Counted from the first letter of the stretch, positions 10,960-21,674 are shown. The stretch: 64,000 nt of DNA from Halarcobacter sp. (GCA_963676565.1 OY781089.1:864001-928000), one strand, 5' to 3'. Numbers and translations are program-made. The notes: generated by a model not told the origin, from the sequence alone.

Positions 10960-12012
10960 TTAGTGTTTTTTTAAATCATCTAAAGTTAATTTTTTTCCTG
11001 CAGTAACAGATTTTCTTAACTCAGCTCTTTGTGCATCTGGTAAAGCAATTAATCCAATTTCAGCTAAGATTCCCTCAGAACCAATCATATTCTCAGACAT
11101 GAACATATTTACATATTCGTTCATTGCTGGAACATCTTTTTTATGAGAGTTTTTAGTATAGAAGAATAATGATCTAGCAATTGGATATTTACCAGCTGCA
11201 ATTGTTTCTGGGTTTGGTTGAACACCATTTACAGAAGCACCAACTAATTTGTCATCATTTTCCATTAAGAAAGAGTATCCAAAGATTCCGAATGCATTTT
11301 TGTTTTTAGTTAATTTTTGAACAATAATGTTATCATTTTCACCTGATGGTACATAAACACCGTCAGTTCTTATTACAGAGTATTTTTTATATTTTTTGTT
11401 AGCTTTTTTATCAGCTTCGTAAAGGTCAGTATATACTGCCATTTTTTTGAATGTACCTTGCATTACCATCTCTTCGAAAGCATCTCTAGTCCCAGAAGAT
11501 TTTGGTGGTCCATAAACAATAATTTCTCTATTTGGTAAAGAAGCATCAATTTGATTCCAAGTTTTATATGGGTTTTTAACTAATGATTTACCATCTTTTG
11601 AAGGTACTTCTTCTGCAACTGCTAAAGCTAATTGAGCTTTAGTTACAGCAAATGCACCATTTGATTTATCTTGAGCAAATGCAATACCATCATAACCAAT
11701 AACAGCTTCAGTAATATCAGTAACACCATTTTTTTCACATAATGCAAACTCTTTAGCTTTCATTCTTCTTGAAGCATTTGTGATATCTGGAGTATTTAAA
11801 TCATTTCCAGCACAAAATAATTTCATACCACCACCTGAACCAGTTGATTCAACTACAGGAGTTGGGAATTTAGTTGTTGCACCTAATTCTTCAGCAACAG
11901 CAGAAGAGAATGGGTATACTGTAGATGAACCTACGATTTTGATTTGATCTCTAGCAGAAAGAGAAACAGTTAAAGCTGCAGATGCTAATAAAGCAATTGA
12001 CGTTTTTTTCAT
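10960..12012 (-). CDS. pstS: Phosphate-binding periplasmic protein
   Basis: Signal peptide; GSSTVYP, STGSGGG and SSGTRDAF motifs. Confidence 0.95.
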   Translation of the reverse strand: MKKTSIALLASAALTVSLSARDQIKIVGSSTVYPFSSAVAEELGATTKFPTPVVESTGSGGGMKLFCAGNDLNTPDITNASRRMKAKEFALCEKNGVTDITEAVIGYDGIAFAQDKSNGAFAVTKAQLALAVAEEVPSKDGKSLVKNPYKTWNQIDASLPNREIIVYGPPKSSGTRDAFEEMVMQGTFKKMAVYTDLYEADKKANKKYKKYSVIRTDGVYVPSGENDNIIVQKLTKNKNAFGIFGYSFLMENDDKLVGASVNGVQPNPETIAAGKYPIARSLFFYTKNSHKKDVPAMNEYVNMFMSENMIGSEGILAEIGLIALPDAQRAELRKSVTAGKKLTLDDLKKH

Positions 12013-12046
12013 TGTGAATGTCTCCGTAAATAAAATTTATGGTGAA

Positions 12047-12079
12047 AGTTTAATCATTTCCGATTACATTTTGGTGACA
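12047..12079 (-). promoter_or_regulatory. Pho-box-like direct repeat plus -10 upstream of pstS
   Basis: Minus strand TGTCACC-AAAA-TGTAATC (11-bp period, resembles the PhoB CTGTCAT repeat), 9 nt before TAAACT. Confidence 0.7.
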
Positions 12080-12181
12080 CCTCTAGCTTAAATTCTTTAA
12101 ATACCTATAAATAGAGCTTTGTGGATTTTTTGATTTTAGTTTAGGATTATTTTATTAATGTTTTAAAAGAAGTAAATGGGA

Positions 12182-13249
12182 TTATAACCCATTTGCTTCT
12201 ATAAGTCTAGCTTGATAGTCAGTAATTAATGGGTCAATGATTTCATCAAAAAGCCCATCATTCATAATTGCATCTAATCTATATAGTGTTAAGTTAATTC
12301 TGTGGTCTGAGACTCTTCCTTGTGGATAATTATATGTTCTAATTCTTCCACTTCTATCTCCAGTACCAACTTGCTCTTTTCTATCAGCTCCCTCTTTTTG
12401 CATTTTTTCTTGCAGTTCTAGGTCATAAAGTCTAGCTTTTAAAACTTTCATAGCTTTATCTTTATTTTTGTGCTGAGATTTTTGATCTTGGTTTGTAACA
12501 ACAATACCTGACGGAATATGAGTAATTCTAACAGCAGAGTCTGTTGTATTTACAGATTGACCACCATTACCACTTGCTCTCATTACATCAATTTTTAAAT
12601 CATTTGGATTGATATCTATTTCTACATCATCAACTTCTGGCATAACTGCAACAGTAATAGCTGATGTATGAACTCTTCCCTGAGATTCAGTAGCGGGTAC
12701 TCTTTGAACTCTATGGGTACCACCTTCAAATTTTAACTTTGAATAAACATGGTCACCTTTAAATAAAGCTACAATCTCTTTAAACCCACCAGCTTCACTC
12801 TCACTTTGGTTCATAAGTTCTACTTTCCAACCATTTGATTCTGCATATCTTAAGTAGGCTCTAAAAAGGTCACCAACAAAAATTGCAGCTTCATCTCCAC
12901 CAGTTCCTGCTCTTAGTTCTAAATAGATATTTTTATCATCATTAGGATCTTTTGGAATCATCAAAAATTTGATATCTTCTGCAATTTCAGGTAGTTTTTG
13001 TTCAAGCTCTTTTAGCTCTTCTTTGGCTAGTTCAGCTAACTCGTCATCATCAAGCATCATTTTATTATCTTCAATATCTTCTAAAGTTTTTATATACTCT
13101 TTAGCCTTGTTCACAATTGGTTCAATACTTGATTGTTCTTTTGAAAGTTCTGTCATCCTTTTTATATCAGATATGATATCAGGAGAGATTAACAATTGGT
13201 TAATCTCCTCATATCTGTCTATAAAAGGCTGTAATTTATCTTGTAGCAT
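12182..13249 (-). CDS. prfA: Peptide chain release factor 1
   Basis: GGQ motif and RF1-type PAT tripeptide (RVPATES). Confidence 0.98.
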   Translation of the reverse strand: MLQDKLQPFIDRYEEINQLLISPDIISDIKRMTELSKEQSSIEPIVNKAKEYIKTLEDIEDNKMMLDDDELAELAKEELKELEQKLPEIAEDIKFLMIPKDPNDDKNIYLELRAGTGGDEAAIFVGDLFRAYLRYAESNGWKVELMNQSESEAGGFKEIVALFKGDHVYSKLKFEGGTHRVQRVPATESQGRVHTSAITVAVMPEVDDVEIDINPNDLKIDVMRASGNGGQSVNTTDSAVRITHIPSGIVVTNQDQKSQHKNKDKAMKVLKARLYDLELQEKMQKEGADRKEQVGTGDRSGRIRTYNYPQGRVSDHRINLTLYRLDAIMNDGLFDEIIDPLITDYQARLIEANGL

Positions 13250-13298
13250 ATTTGTTTAAATTTATTTGTTATAGACTAATTAATATTAAAAAATAAAA

Positions 13299-13559
13299 TT
13301 ATATAGCATTAACTTTTGTTTGCAGTCTAGAAACTTTTCTTGCTGCAGTACCTTTTTTTAGGATACCTTTAGAAACACAGTGGTGAATGTATTTGTTTGC
13401 AGCTTTCATTGCTTCGCTTGCTTTTTCTTTATCAGCACCTTCAACTGCAGATAATACATCTTTTGTTACGTTTTTAATTCTAGTTTTATAGAATCTGTTT
13501 CTTTCAGTTCTAACTTTAGTTTGTCTAGCTCTTTTCTCAGCAGATTTGTGATTTGCCAT
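13299..13559 (-). CDS. rpsT: 30S ribosomal protein S20
   Basis: [10 protein letters not shown]...AARKVSRL. Confidence 0.98.
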   Translation of the reverse strand: MANHKSAEKRARQTKVRTERNRFYKTRIKNVTKDVLSAVEGADKEKASEAMKAANKYIHHCVSKGILKKGTAARKVSRLQTKVNAI

Positions 13560-13666
13560 TATTTTTTAACCTCTTTATAAAATTTTTAAGGGTAGAATAA
13601 TATCTAATTTTCTTTAAAATTGACTTAAAATAAGCAAAATTTAATAAAAAACATAGAAGGACTTTT

Positions 13667-15001
13667 ATGAAACTGTTTGGAACAGATGGAGTTAGAGGTA
13701 AAGCAGGGGACTTTTTAGACGCTATTACTGTATTAAAGTTAGCAAAAGCGGCGGGTATTTATTTTAGAAAGAATTCAAGTACAAAAAGAATACTTGTTGG
13801 TAAAGATACCAGAAAAAGTGGTTATATGATTGAAAATGCTCTAGTTAGTGGCTTAACATCTGTTGGGTACAATGTAATTCAAATTGGTCCTATGCCAACA
13901 CCTGCAATTGCATATTTAACAGAATCTATGAGATGTGATGCTGGAATTATGATTAGTGCATCCCACAATCCTTATGAAGATAATGGTATTAAGTTTTTTG
14001 ATAATCATGGTGATAAATTAGGAACAGATGCTGAAAAAGAGATTGAAAATATTTTTAAATGTGATGAAACCTTAATGAGTGAACAAGTTACAGGAAGAAA
14101 TATTGGCTCATCAAAAAGAATTGATGATGTTATTGGAAGATATATTGTATCTATTAAAAGCACTTTTCCTCAAGATTTATCTTTGGCAAATATGAGAATA
14201 GTATTAGACTGCGCCAATGGGGCAGCATATAAAGTAGCTCCTACTATATTAGATGAGTTAGGTGCAGAGGTTATTACAATTAATGATAAACCAAATGGAT
14301 ACAATATTAATGATAATTGCGGAGCTCTACATCCAGAAAATGTTGGAAAACTAGTTAGAGAATATAGAGCTGATTTGGGAATCGCTTTAGATGGTGATGC
14401 AGATAGATTAGTTGTAGTTGATGAAAATGGTGAAGTTATAGATGGAGATAAACTTTTAGGGGCTTTAACTTTATTTTTGAAAAATGAGGGGCAACTTAAA
14501 GGTGATGCTTGTGTGGCTACTGTTATGTCAAACAAAGCATTAGAAGATTTTTTAAATTCTCATGGGTTAAATCTACTTAGATCAAACGTTGGGGATAAAA
14601 ATGTATTAGAACTTATGAAAAAAGATGATATCAATTTTGGTGGGGAACAAAGTGGACATATAATTTTTGCAGATGCTGCAAAAACTGGTGATGGACTTGC
14701 TTCTGCACTCCAAGTTTTAGCACTTATTATTAGAAGTGGTAAAAAAGCTAGTGAGGTTTTAAACCCATTTGATTTATATCCACAAACTTTAGTTAATCTA
14801 AATGTAAGTGAGAAAAAGCCATTAAATAAAATTGAAGGCTTAGAAGAATTACTTCAATCAATTAGAGATAAAGGGATTAGAGATTTAATTAGATATTCTG
14901 GAACAGAAAATAAAATAAGACTTCTTTTAGAAGGGAAAAATCAAAAAGATGTGGCTGAATCTATGAAGGAATTAGAGGCATTTATAAAAAAAGCATTATA
15001 A
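13667..15001 (+). CDS. glmM: Phosphoglucosamine mutase
   Basis: [33 protein letters not shown]. Confidence 0.97.
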   Translation: MKLFGTDGVRGKAGDFLDAITVLKLAKAAGIYFRKNSSTKRILVGKDTRKSGYMIENALVSGLTSVGYNVIQIGPMPTPAIAYLTESMRCDAGIMISASHNPYEDNGIKFFDNHGDKLGTDAEKEIENIFKCDETLMSEQVTGRNIGSSKRIDDVIGRYIVSIKSTFPQDLSLANMRIVLDCANGAAYKVAPTILDELGAEVITINDKPNGYNINDNCGALHPENVGKLVREYRADLGIALDGDADRLVVVDENGEVIDGDKLLGALTLFLKNEGQLKGDACVATVMSNKALEDFLNSHGLNLLRSNVGDKNVLELMKKDDINFGGEQSGHIIFADAAKTGDGLASALQVLALIIRSGKKASEVLNPFDLYPQTLVNLNVSEKKPLNKIEGLEELLQSIRDKGIRDLIRYSGTENKIRLLLEGKNQKDVAESMKELEAFIKKAL

Positions 15002-15004
15002 AAG

Positions 15005-15469
15005 ATGGAAAAAAAATTAAAAATTAGTTTTACTATATTTACATGTATATTTATTTTTGATCAAATTATAAAATACGGTTTTGCAAATTATGATTGGAAT
15101 ATTGAAGGTCCTTATATGTCTTTGCAATTAGCATATAACTATGGGGTAGCTTTTTCAATGTTTTCTTTCCTTGATGGATATTTAAAGTATATTCAATTGG
15201 GCTTGGTATTAATTGGTTTAATTTATTTATATATAAATAAAGATGTATTTATACAGTATTATATTCCAATTGCATTATTGTTTGCAGGTGGTTTATCAAA
15301 TATTTTAGATAGATTTACTTATGGTGGAGTTGTTGATTATTTTTATTGGCATTACGGTTTTGAATTTGCGATTTTTAATATTGCAGATGTAATTATAAAT
15401 TTAAGCATTGCTATAATTATTTATATACAAATAAAACAAGCTAGATTAGAGAAAAAAAGCAAAGTTTAA
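15005..15469 (+). CDS. lspA: Lipoprotein signal peptidase II
   Basis: NYGVAFS, NILDR, VVDY, FNIAD motifs. Confidence 0.96.
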   Translation: MEKKLKISFTIFTCIFIFDQIIKYGFANYDWNIEGPYMSLQLAYNYGVAFSMFSFLDGYLKYIQLGLVLIGLIYLYINKDVFIQYYIPIALLFAGGLSNILDRFTYGGVVDYFYWHYGFEFAIFNIADVIINLSIAIIIYIQIKQARLEKKSKV

Positions 15470-15535
15470 ACTCTTAAAAAAAAATTAGCTATAATCCAAG
15501 GCTAAAAGAAAAAGAAAAATTAAAAGTAGGTATTT

Positions 15536-16816
15536 ATGGGTCAGACTATTACGGAAAAAATTTTTAGTGAACATGTAGGAAAAGAAGTATTTGCAGGAGA
15601 GATTGTAAGAAGTCCAATTGATATGGTAATTGGAAATGATATTACAACTCCAATCTCAATTAGAGCATTTGAAGAGGGTGGCTTTGAAAAATTAGCAAAT
15701 CCAGAAGGGTTTGCAATTGTTCTTGACCACTTTATTCCAGCAAAAGATATTGCATCGGCTAATCAAGCAAAAATCTCAAGAGATTTTGCTATGAAACATG
15801 ATTTAAAATATTTCTTCGATGAAAAAGATATGGGTATTGAACATGCACTTTTACCTGAAAAAGGGTTAGTATTACCTGGTGATGTAATTATTGGTGCAGA
15901 TTCACATACTTGTACACATGGTGGACTAGGTGCATTCTCAACTGGTATGGGAAGTACTGATATCTCATTTGGTATGATTACAGGTGGAAACTGGTTTAAA
16001 GTTCCAGAATCTATTAAAGTTGTAATGACTGGAAAACCATCAGAGTTTGTATCTGGAAAAGATATTATTCTTGAGGTTATCAGACAATTAGGTGTTGATG
16101 GAGCTTTATACCAAGCTTTAGAATTTACGGGGGATACTGTTAAACATTTAAGTATGGATGATAGATTCTCTATTTGTAATATGGCTATTGAAGCTGGAGC
16201 TAAAAATGGTATCTTTGCATATGATGAAACAACTGAAGAGTTTTTAAAGAAAACTGCTGAAGCAAATGGTGGATTAAGAGCAGAGCCTAAAATTCATTAT
16301 TCTGATGAAGATGCAATATATACAAAGGTTATTGAAATCAATGTTGCGGAACTTGAACCAGTAATTGCATATCCATTTTTACCAGATAATGGACATTCTG
16401 TTTCTCAAGCAGTAAAAGATAACATTAGAGTAGACCAAGTATTTATTGGATCATGTACAAATGGTAGATTAAGTGATTTTAAAATCGCAGCTGAGATTTT
16501 AGAAGGTAAAAAAGTTGCACGTCATGTAAGAATGATTTTAACTCCAGGTACTCAAAAAATCCTAAGAGATGCAACAAAAGCAGGTTATATTGATACTTTA
16601 GTTGACGCTGGTGCAGTTGTATCAAATCCAACTTGTGGAGCATGTTTAGGTGGATACATGGGAATCTTAGGTGATAATGAGGTTTGTATCTCTACAACAA
16701 ATAGAAACTTTGTTGGTAGAATGGGAAGTAGATCATCTAAAATTTATTTAGCTAATAGTGCAGTTGCAGCAGCAAGTGCAATCTCTGGTTATATTACTGA
16801 CCCAAAAAGTATCTAA
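15536..16816 (+). CDS. leuC: 3-isopropylmalate dehydratase large subunit (short aconitase-family form)
   Basis: GADSHTCT, IGSCTNGR, CGACLG, STTNRNF; leuD is not in the window. Confidence 0.9.
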   Translation: MGQTITEKIFSEHVGKEVFAGEIVRSPIDMVIGNDITTPISIRAFEEGGFEKLANPEGFAIVLDHFIPAKDIASANQAKISRDFAMKHDLKYFFDEKDMGIEHALLPEKGLVLPGDVIIGADSHTCTHGGLGAFSTGMGSTDISFGMITGGNWFKVPESIKVVMTGKPSEFVSGKDIILEVIRQLGVDGALYQALEFTGDTVKHLSMDDRFSICNMAIEAGAKNGIFAYDETTEEFLKKTAEANGGLRAEPKIHYSDEDAIYTKVIEINVAELEPVIAYPFLPDNGHSVSQAVKDNIRVDQVFIGSCTNGRLSDFKIAAEILEGKKVARHVRMILTPGTQKILRDATKAGYIDTLVDAGAVVSNPTCGACLGGYMGILGDNEVCISTTNRNFVGRMGSRSSKIYLANSAVAAASAISGYITDPKSI

Positions 16817-16818
16817 TT

Positions 16819-17385
16819 ATGTTTAATTTGCCATGCGTAATTTTATGCGGTGGTAAAAGTTCAAGAATGGGAGAAGACAAAGCTCTTCTTCCATTTTCTA
16901 CTTCTAAAACTCTTACAGAATATCAATACAAAAAATTAAAACCTTACTTCAAAGAGGTATATCTATCATCAAAAACTGAAAAGTTTAGTTTTGATAATAA
17001 ATTAATTTTAGATAAAGAAAAAGAGTATTCTCCTATAGTTGCTTTAAAATCAATATTTGAATTTTTTAAAGATGAAAGTAAACTATTTATTATAACAGTG
17101 GATACCCCACTTGTAGAAATCTCAACAATAGAAAAATTGATAAGTAAATCAAAAGATTATGATATAACCCTTGCAAAAACAGTAAATAGAGAACATAATC
17201 TGTGTGGAGTGTTTTCCACAAAAGCTATAATTGAAGTTGAAAACATGCTAAAAAACGACATCCATAAAGTTGGTTACCTTCTAAAAAAAATGGATACTAC
17301 TTTTATAGAATTTGAAAATGAGGATGAATTTATAAACCTTAATAATAAAGAAGAATATTATAAGGCAAAATCAATTATAAGCTAA
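16819..17385 (+). CDS. mobA: Molybdenum cofactor guanylyltransferase
   Basis: ILCGGKSSRMGEDKAL, VDTP, C-terminal FINLN. Confidence 0.92.
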   Translation: MFNLPCVILCGGKSSRMGEDKALLPFSTSKTLTEYQYKKLKPYFKEVYLSSKTEKFSFDNKLILDKEKEYSPIVALKSIFEFFKDESKLFIITVDTPLVEISTIEKLISKSKDYDITLAKTVNREHNLCGVFSTKAIIEVENMLKNDIHKVGYLLKKMDTTFIEFENEDEFINLNNKEEYYKAKSIIS

Positions 17386-17483
17386 AGTAATAATTATAAT
17401 TTATTTATTCAGCATAATTTAAGTTTATTATTATCAAACATTTGGTATCTTAATGAATACAATTTAAATTAAGGACTTTTATA

Positions 17484-18968
17484 ATGGGAAATAATGAGGA
17501 GCTAAAAAAAGCACTTGACATTCTAGATAGTGAGCTTAAAAAGAAAGGGATATCTAGAAGAGACGCACTTAAACTTGCTGGACTTGGTTCAGCTTCGTTT
17601 TTAATGGGAAATACAACTGAAGTTGAGGCAGCAACAATTGCACAAGCTAGTGAAGCAAAAGGTAAAATAGTAATTGTTGGTGGTGGACTAGCTGGTATTG
17701 CAACTGCTGCAAAACTTTCAAATAACTTATCAAATCCAGATATTACTGTTATTGAACCAAATCCAATTTCTGTTTCGTATCAACCTGGACAAACATTAGT
17801 TGCAGCTGGGGTATGGGAAAAATCAGACATTGTTTATAATACTAAAGATTTTGTTCCAAGTGGTGTTAAAATGATTAAGGATAAAGTTGCAGAGTTTGAC
17901 CCTGAAGCAAATAAGGTAAAAACTGAAGGTGGACAAGAGATTTCATATGACTTTTTAGTTGTTGCAACAGGTTTAGTACTTGATTATGGAAAAATTAAAG
18001 GTTTAGAAGGTGTTGGTTATTCTGCAGAAGCAAATGAAACAGTATCTCAAAAAGTTGGTAAAAATGGAGTTCATTCAATCTATTATGCCGATGGAGCTGT
18101 TAATACTTGGAAAGGTATGCAAGAGTTTATTTCTGAAGCAAAATCTGGTAAAAAAGTAAAAGGTTTATTTACTCACCCAAATACTCCAATTAAATGTGGT
18201 GGAGCTCCAAAGAAAATTATGTATTTAACTGATGCGAGATTAAGAGAAGCTGGAGTAAGGGATAATGCAGAATTATATTTTTATCCAAATGGTGGAAAAA
18301 TGTTTGGTGTTCCAGAATATCATGAAGCGATTGTAAAACAATTTGAAGCAAGAGATATGAAATGGGAATACAAAAACAATCTTGTTGAAATTGATGTTAA
18401 TAAAAAAATTGCAACTTTTGAAAAAAAATGGTTAGAAAAAGGTGCATACGACGAGATTATTGAAGATTATGAGATGATTCCTATGGCTAAAAAAATTGAA
18501 AGAGAATATGACTTTATTCATATTACTCCTCCAATGAGAGCACCAGATGCTGTTAAAAATTCTTCTTTAGCATGGCAAAGAGGTAGTGCTGCAAAAGGTG
18601 GATGGGTAGAACTTGATAAAGAGACTTTACAACATACAAGATATCCAAATGTATTTGGTCTTGGAGATGTTGCTGGTATTGCTATGGGAAAAACTGGTGG
18701 TAGTGCAAGAAAACAATATGCAGTATTAGTAGATAACTTAATTGCTGCAATGGAAGGTAAAGAGATGACTTCTAAATATGCAGGTTATACTGTATGTCCA
18801 TTAATTACTGGAATTGGTACAGTTATGTTAGCTGAATTTAATTGGACAGCAAAACCAACTCCATCATTTCCTCTAGACCCAACAGTTGAAAGATATATTT
18901 GGTGGTTATTAAAAGTTTATGCACTTAAACCTATGACTGTTTATGGAATGTTATCTGGACGAGCATAA
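17484..18968 (+). CDS. sqr: Tat-exported sulfide:quinone oxidoreductase-like flavoprotein
   Basis: SRRDALK twin-arginine motif, GGGLAG FAD fold, catalytic Cys motifs PIKCGGAP and GYTVCPL. Confidence 0.8.
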   Translation: MGNNEELKKALDILDSELKKKGISRRDALKLAGLGSASFLMGNTTEVEAATIAQASEAKGKIVIVGGGLAGIATAAKLSNNLSNPDITVIEPNPISVSYQPGQTLVAAGVWEKSDIVYNTKDFVPSGVKMIKDKVAEFDPEANKVKTEGGQEISYDFLVVATGLVLDYGKIKGLEGVGYSAEANETVSQKVGKNGVHSIYYADGAVNTWKGMQEFISEAKSGKKVKGLFTHPNTPIKCGGAPKKIMYLTDARLREAGVRDNAELYFYPNGGKMFGVPEYHEAIVKQFEARDMKWEYKNNLVEIDVNKKIATFEKKWLEKGAYDEIIEDYEMIPMAKKIEREYDFIHITPPMRAPDAVKNSSLAWQRGSAAKGGWVELDKETLQHTRYPNVFGLGDVAGIAMGKTGGSARKQYAVLVDNLIAAMEGKEMTSKYAGYTVCPLITGIGTVMLAEFNWTAKPTPSFPLDPTVERYIWWLLKVYALKPMTVYGMLSGRA

Positions 18969-18979
18969 AAGAGTAAAAA

Positions 18980-19549
18980 TTGAAAAAATTTTTAATTAGT
19001 GGTTTGATTTTATCAATTAGCCTTTGTAGTTTTGCACAAGAATTTTCAAAAGACAATGCTCAAAAGTTAGCTCATGATTTAATAAAAGAGTATAACTCTA
19101 CATTAAAAAAAGAATTAAAAGATTCAAAAAGAGCTAATAAATTAGAAGGTATGGTTAATTACTGTATCAATGATTCTAAATTGGTTGCAAAAAAACTTAA
19201 TGATAAATATGGTCCAAAAGTTTCTGTAAAAAGAATAAGTCTTAATAACAGAAATGAAAAAGCTAAAGCTAATGAAAGTGAAGAAAAGATTTTAAAAGCA
19301 TTTGAACTAATTGCAAAATCTGATGCTTATCAGCCAGATGAGATTGTCCAAATTGTTGATGATAACACTTTTAAAGTTTATTCACCTATTACTATGAATA
19401 GTAGAGACTGTAAAAAATGTCATGGGGTTGAAAAGAAAGTTGATAAAAAATCAAAAGATAGATTCTTCGAGATTTATAAAAATAACAATGCTTATGGATA
19501 TAAAAGTGGAGATGTAAGAGGTGCAGTGGTTGTCACCATCTTAAAATAG
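18980..19549 (+). CDS. Exported monoheme c-type protein, DUF3365/Tll0287-like
   Basis: Signal peptide; RISLNNRN, single CKKCH, C-terminal GYKSGDVRGA; upstream Cys (NYC) is a possible axial ligand. TTG start. Confidence 0.8.
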   Translation: MKKFLISGLILSISLCSFAQEFSKDNAQKLAHDLIKEYNSTLKKELKDSKRANKLEGMVNYCINDSKLVAKKLNDKYGPKVSVKRISLNNRNEKAKANESEEKILKAFELIAKSDAYQPDEIVQIVDDNTFKVYSPITMNSRDCKKCHGVEKKVDKKSKDRFFEIYKNNNAYGYKSGDVRGAVVVTILK

Positions 19550-19565
19550 GGGAAAGGGATTTATT

Positions 19566-20228
19566 ATGGAAATTAAAAAAACAATTTTTTTAGGCTTTTT
19601 AGCAAGTTTAATAACTATCAGTGCTAGTGCTGCTGAAAAAAAATATACAAATGCAGAGATTTATACAAAAATGTGTTCAAAATGTCATGGTGTTTATGGG
19701 GAAGGAAATCCTGCAAAAAAAGGACCTGCTTTAAACGATATGACAGCTCATGAACTAGAGATAAGTCTTTTTGATCTAAAATCTGGGGGTTTAAATCAAT
19801 CATCAGGAACTGACCATGATGTAATGGCGCACAATATGAAAAAAATTATTGAAAAGGGTATGGATTATAAACCAAATGCAATGGCCGAATATATTTTTGT
19901 TGCCTTTAATCCAGAAGCAAAATACTTTAAAATTGATAATGCAAAAAAATCATATACAATTTCAGAAATTTATACAAAAATGTGTTCTAAGTGTCATGGT
20001 GTAAATGGAGAAGGTAATCCTGCTAAAAAAGGTCCAGCATTAAATGATATGAGTGCCCATGAAATAGAAATGGAACTTTATAATATTCAAAATGGTGGAG
20101 CAGATCAATCTTCAGGAACTGATCATGAAGTTATGGAACATAATCAGAAAAAGATTGAGCAAAAAGGTATGGAATATACTCCAAAAGAGATGGCAGAATA
20201 TATAGAAAGTAAATTTTATACTAAATAA
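19566..20228 (+). CDS. Periplasmic diheme cytochrome c built from an internal duplication
   Basis: Signal peptide; two CSKCH motifs in two highly similar domains offset by 309 nt. Confidence 0.9.
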   Translation: MEIKKTIFLGFLASLITISASAAEKKYTNAEIYTKMCSKCHGVYGEGNPAKKGPALNDMTAHELEISLFDLKSGGLNQSSGTDHDVMAHNMKKIIEKGMDYKPNAMAEYIFVAFNPEAKYFKIDNAKKSYTISEIYTKMCSKCHGVNGEGNPAKKGPALNDMSAHEIEMELYNIQNGGADQSSGTDHEVMEHNQKKIEQKGMEYTPKEMAEYIESKFYTK

Positions 20229-20254
20229 GTAAAGGGAGTTTCTCTTTACTTATT
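20224..20254 (+). terminator. Hairpin terminator after the diheme cytochrome gene
   Basis: AATAAGTAAAGGGA/TCTCTTTACTTATT stem. Confidence 0.6.
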
Positions 20255-20275
20255 ATTTGAAAATAAGGGAAGGTA

Positions 20276-20503
20276 TTGGTAAATTTAAAAAAAGAGATTA
20301 CAATCTATATTGTTTTATTTATAGTCTCATCATTAGTTTTTCATAATAGTGTTTGGTTTTCTCATCCAATTGAGCATATAAGTGCTCTTTTTTCTCAGGG
20401 GATGCCTTACCATCCTTTCTTGTACACATTTTTAATCTATTTGGCACTTGGTATTATAAGACTTATTTTTGCACTTATAAAAAAAATATTCAAAAGAGGG
20501 TGA
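20276..20503 (+). CDS. Small membrane protein (2 TM, His-containing loop)
   Basis: GGAAGG RBS, TTG start; two hydrophobic helices flanking HPIEH...YHP. Confidence 0.65.
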   Translation: MVNLKKEITIYIVLFIVSSLVFHNSVWFSHPIEHISALFSQGMPYHPFLYTFLIYLALGIIRLIFALIKKIFKRG

Positions 20504-20552
20504 TTTTTTTAGTTGACTTATTTGAATGAACAATCATTATATTGGATAAAAG

Positions 20553-21674
20553 ATGAATAAAGAAAATAAAACATATGTATGGTCTTTTTTGGGAAGACTT
20601 AGCCATTGGCTACTAGTTGTGTCTTTTTTTGCATCTTTTATCACCTCTTTTTATGAAAATCTTTTAACTTTACATGTTACTTTTGGAATTATTGCTTTAG
20701 GGATGTTTATTAAAAAAATTGTATGGGGATTGATAGGTCCAAAATATGCAAGATGGAGTGATTACCATTTTGCCTTTAGTGATTTAAAGCTTTATTTTGT
20801 AGAAAAAGTTAAAAATAGATATAGACAAATACAAGCAGGACATAACCCTGCTTCTTCATGGTTTGCTTTTTTAGTCACATGGATTGGTATTATTTGTTGT
20901 CTACTTGGACTTGTTTTATATGGAGTTCAAGAAGGAAATGGAATTTTTTATTTTATGAATAATACATATTACATATATATGGAAGAGTTTTTTACTATTC
21001 ATGAAGTTCTATCATATATATTATTAGTAATGATACTTACTCATATAACTGGAGTATTAATTGAACAATTTTATCATAAAACATCTATGCTCTTTGCCAT
21101 GATAACTGGATATAAGAAATCAAAGGGTGAAGATATTAAACCAACATTTAGTATGAAGTTTTATGGCTCTATATATATTGTATTTGTTTTAGCTTTAGCA
21201 TCGTATACATATTATATACCTAATAACTTTTTAGTAAAAAGTAAATTTGAGAAGATTGATTACAAAAAATTACATGCTGATTTTCAATTTGAGTGTTCTG
21301 ATTGCCATAATTTAATTCCACCATTTTTATTGCCAAAGGAATCTTGGAAAAATTTGATGGCAAATCAAGAAGATCATTTTGAAGAGGATTTAGAGTTAGA
21401 TAACTCAATGGTAAAATCAATAGAAAAATTTTTAATAATAAATTCTTCAGAAACATCAACAAGAGAATCTTCATATAAAATAACTAAAGAATTAGCTGAT
21501 TCCAAAAAATTTATTATAACAAAAACTGATTATTGGAAGGAAACGCATAAAAATATTCCTGAAGAAGTTTTTAAAAGTGACACAATAGAAACAAAGTCCA
21601 ACTGTGTCGCATGTCATAAAGATTTTGAAAAGGGAATTCTTTCTGACTCAAAAATTACATTTTTATCAAAATAG
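20553..21674 (+). CDS. Cytochrome b (hydrogenase CybH-type) fused to a diheme cytochrome c (DHC) domain
   Basis: VW...RLSHW, GHNP and conserved TM His residues; C-terminal CSDCH...DHF...CVACH DHC pattern. Confidence 0.88.
   Translation: MNKENKTYVWSFLGRLSHWLLVVSFFASFITSFYENLLTLHVTFGIIALGMFIKKIVWGLIGPKYARWSDYHFAFSDLKLYFVEKVKNRYRQIQAGHNPASSWFAFLVTWIGIICCLLGLVLYGVQEGNGIFYFMNNTYYIYMEEFFTIHEVLSYILLVMILTHITGVLIEQFYHKTSMLFAMITGYKKSKGEDIKPTFSMKFYGSIYIVFVLALASYTYYIPNNFLVKSKFEKIDYKKLHADFQFECSDCHNLIPPFLLPKESWKNLMANQEDHFEEDLELDNSMVKSIEKFLIINSSETSTRESSYKITKELADSKKFIITKTDYWKETHKNIPEEVFKSDTIETKSNCVACHKDFEKGILSDSKITFLSK

Noticed and set aside
12182..13249. Programmed frameshift in the release factor
   Set aside because: This is RF1 with a continuous ORF; the frameshift is a prfB feature.
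15536..16816. leuC without leuD as an anomaly
   Set aside because: Scattered leu genes are unremarkable; leuD is probably elsewhere in the genome.
17392..17419. Copy of the TGAAT-N4-ATTCA box upstream of sqr
   Set aside because: Only the ATTCA half and AT-rich flanks match, at roughly the right position; too degenerate to claim.
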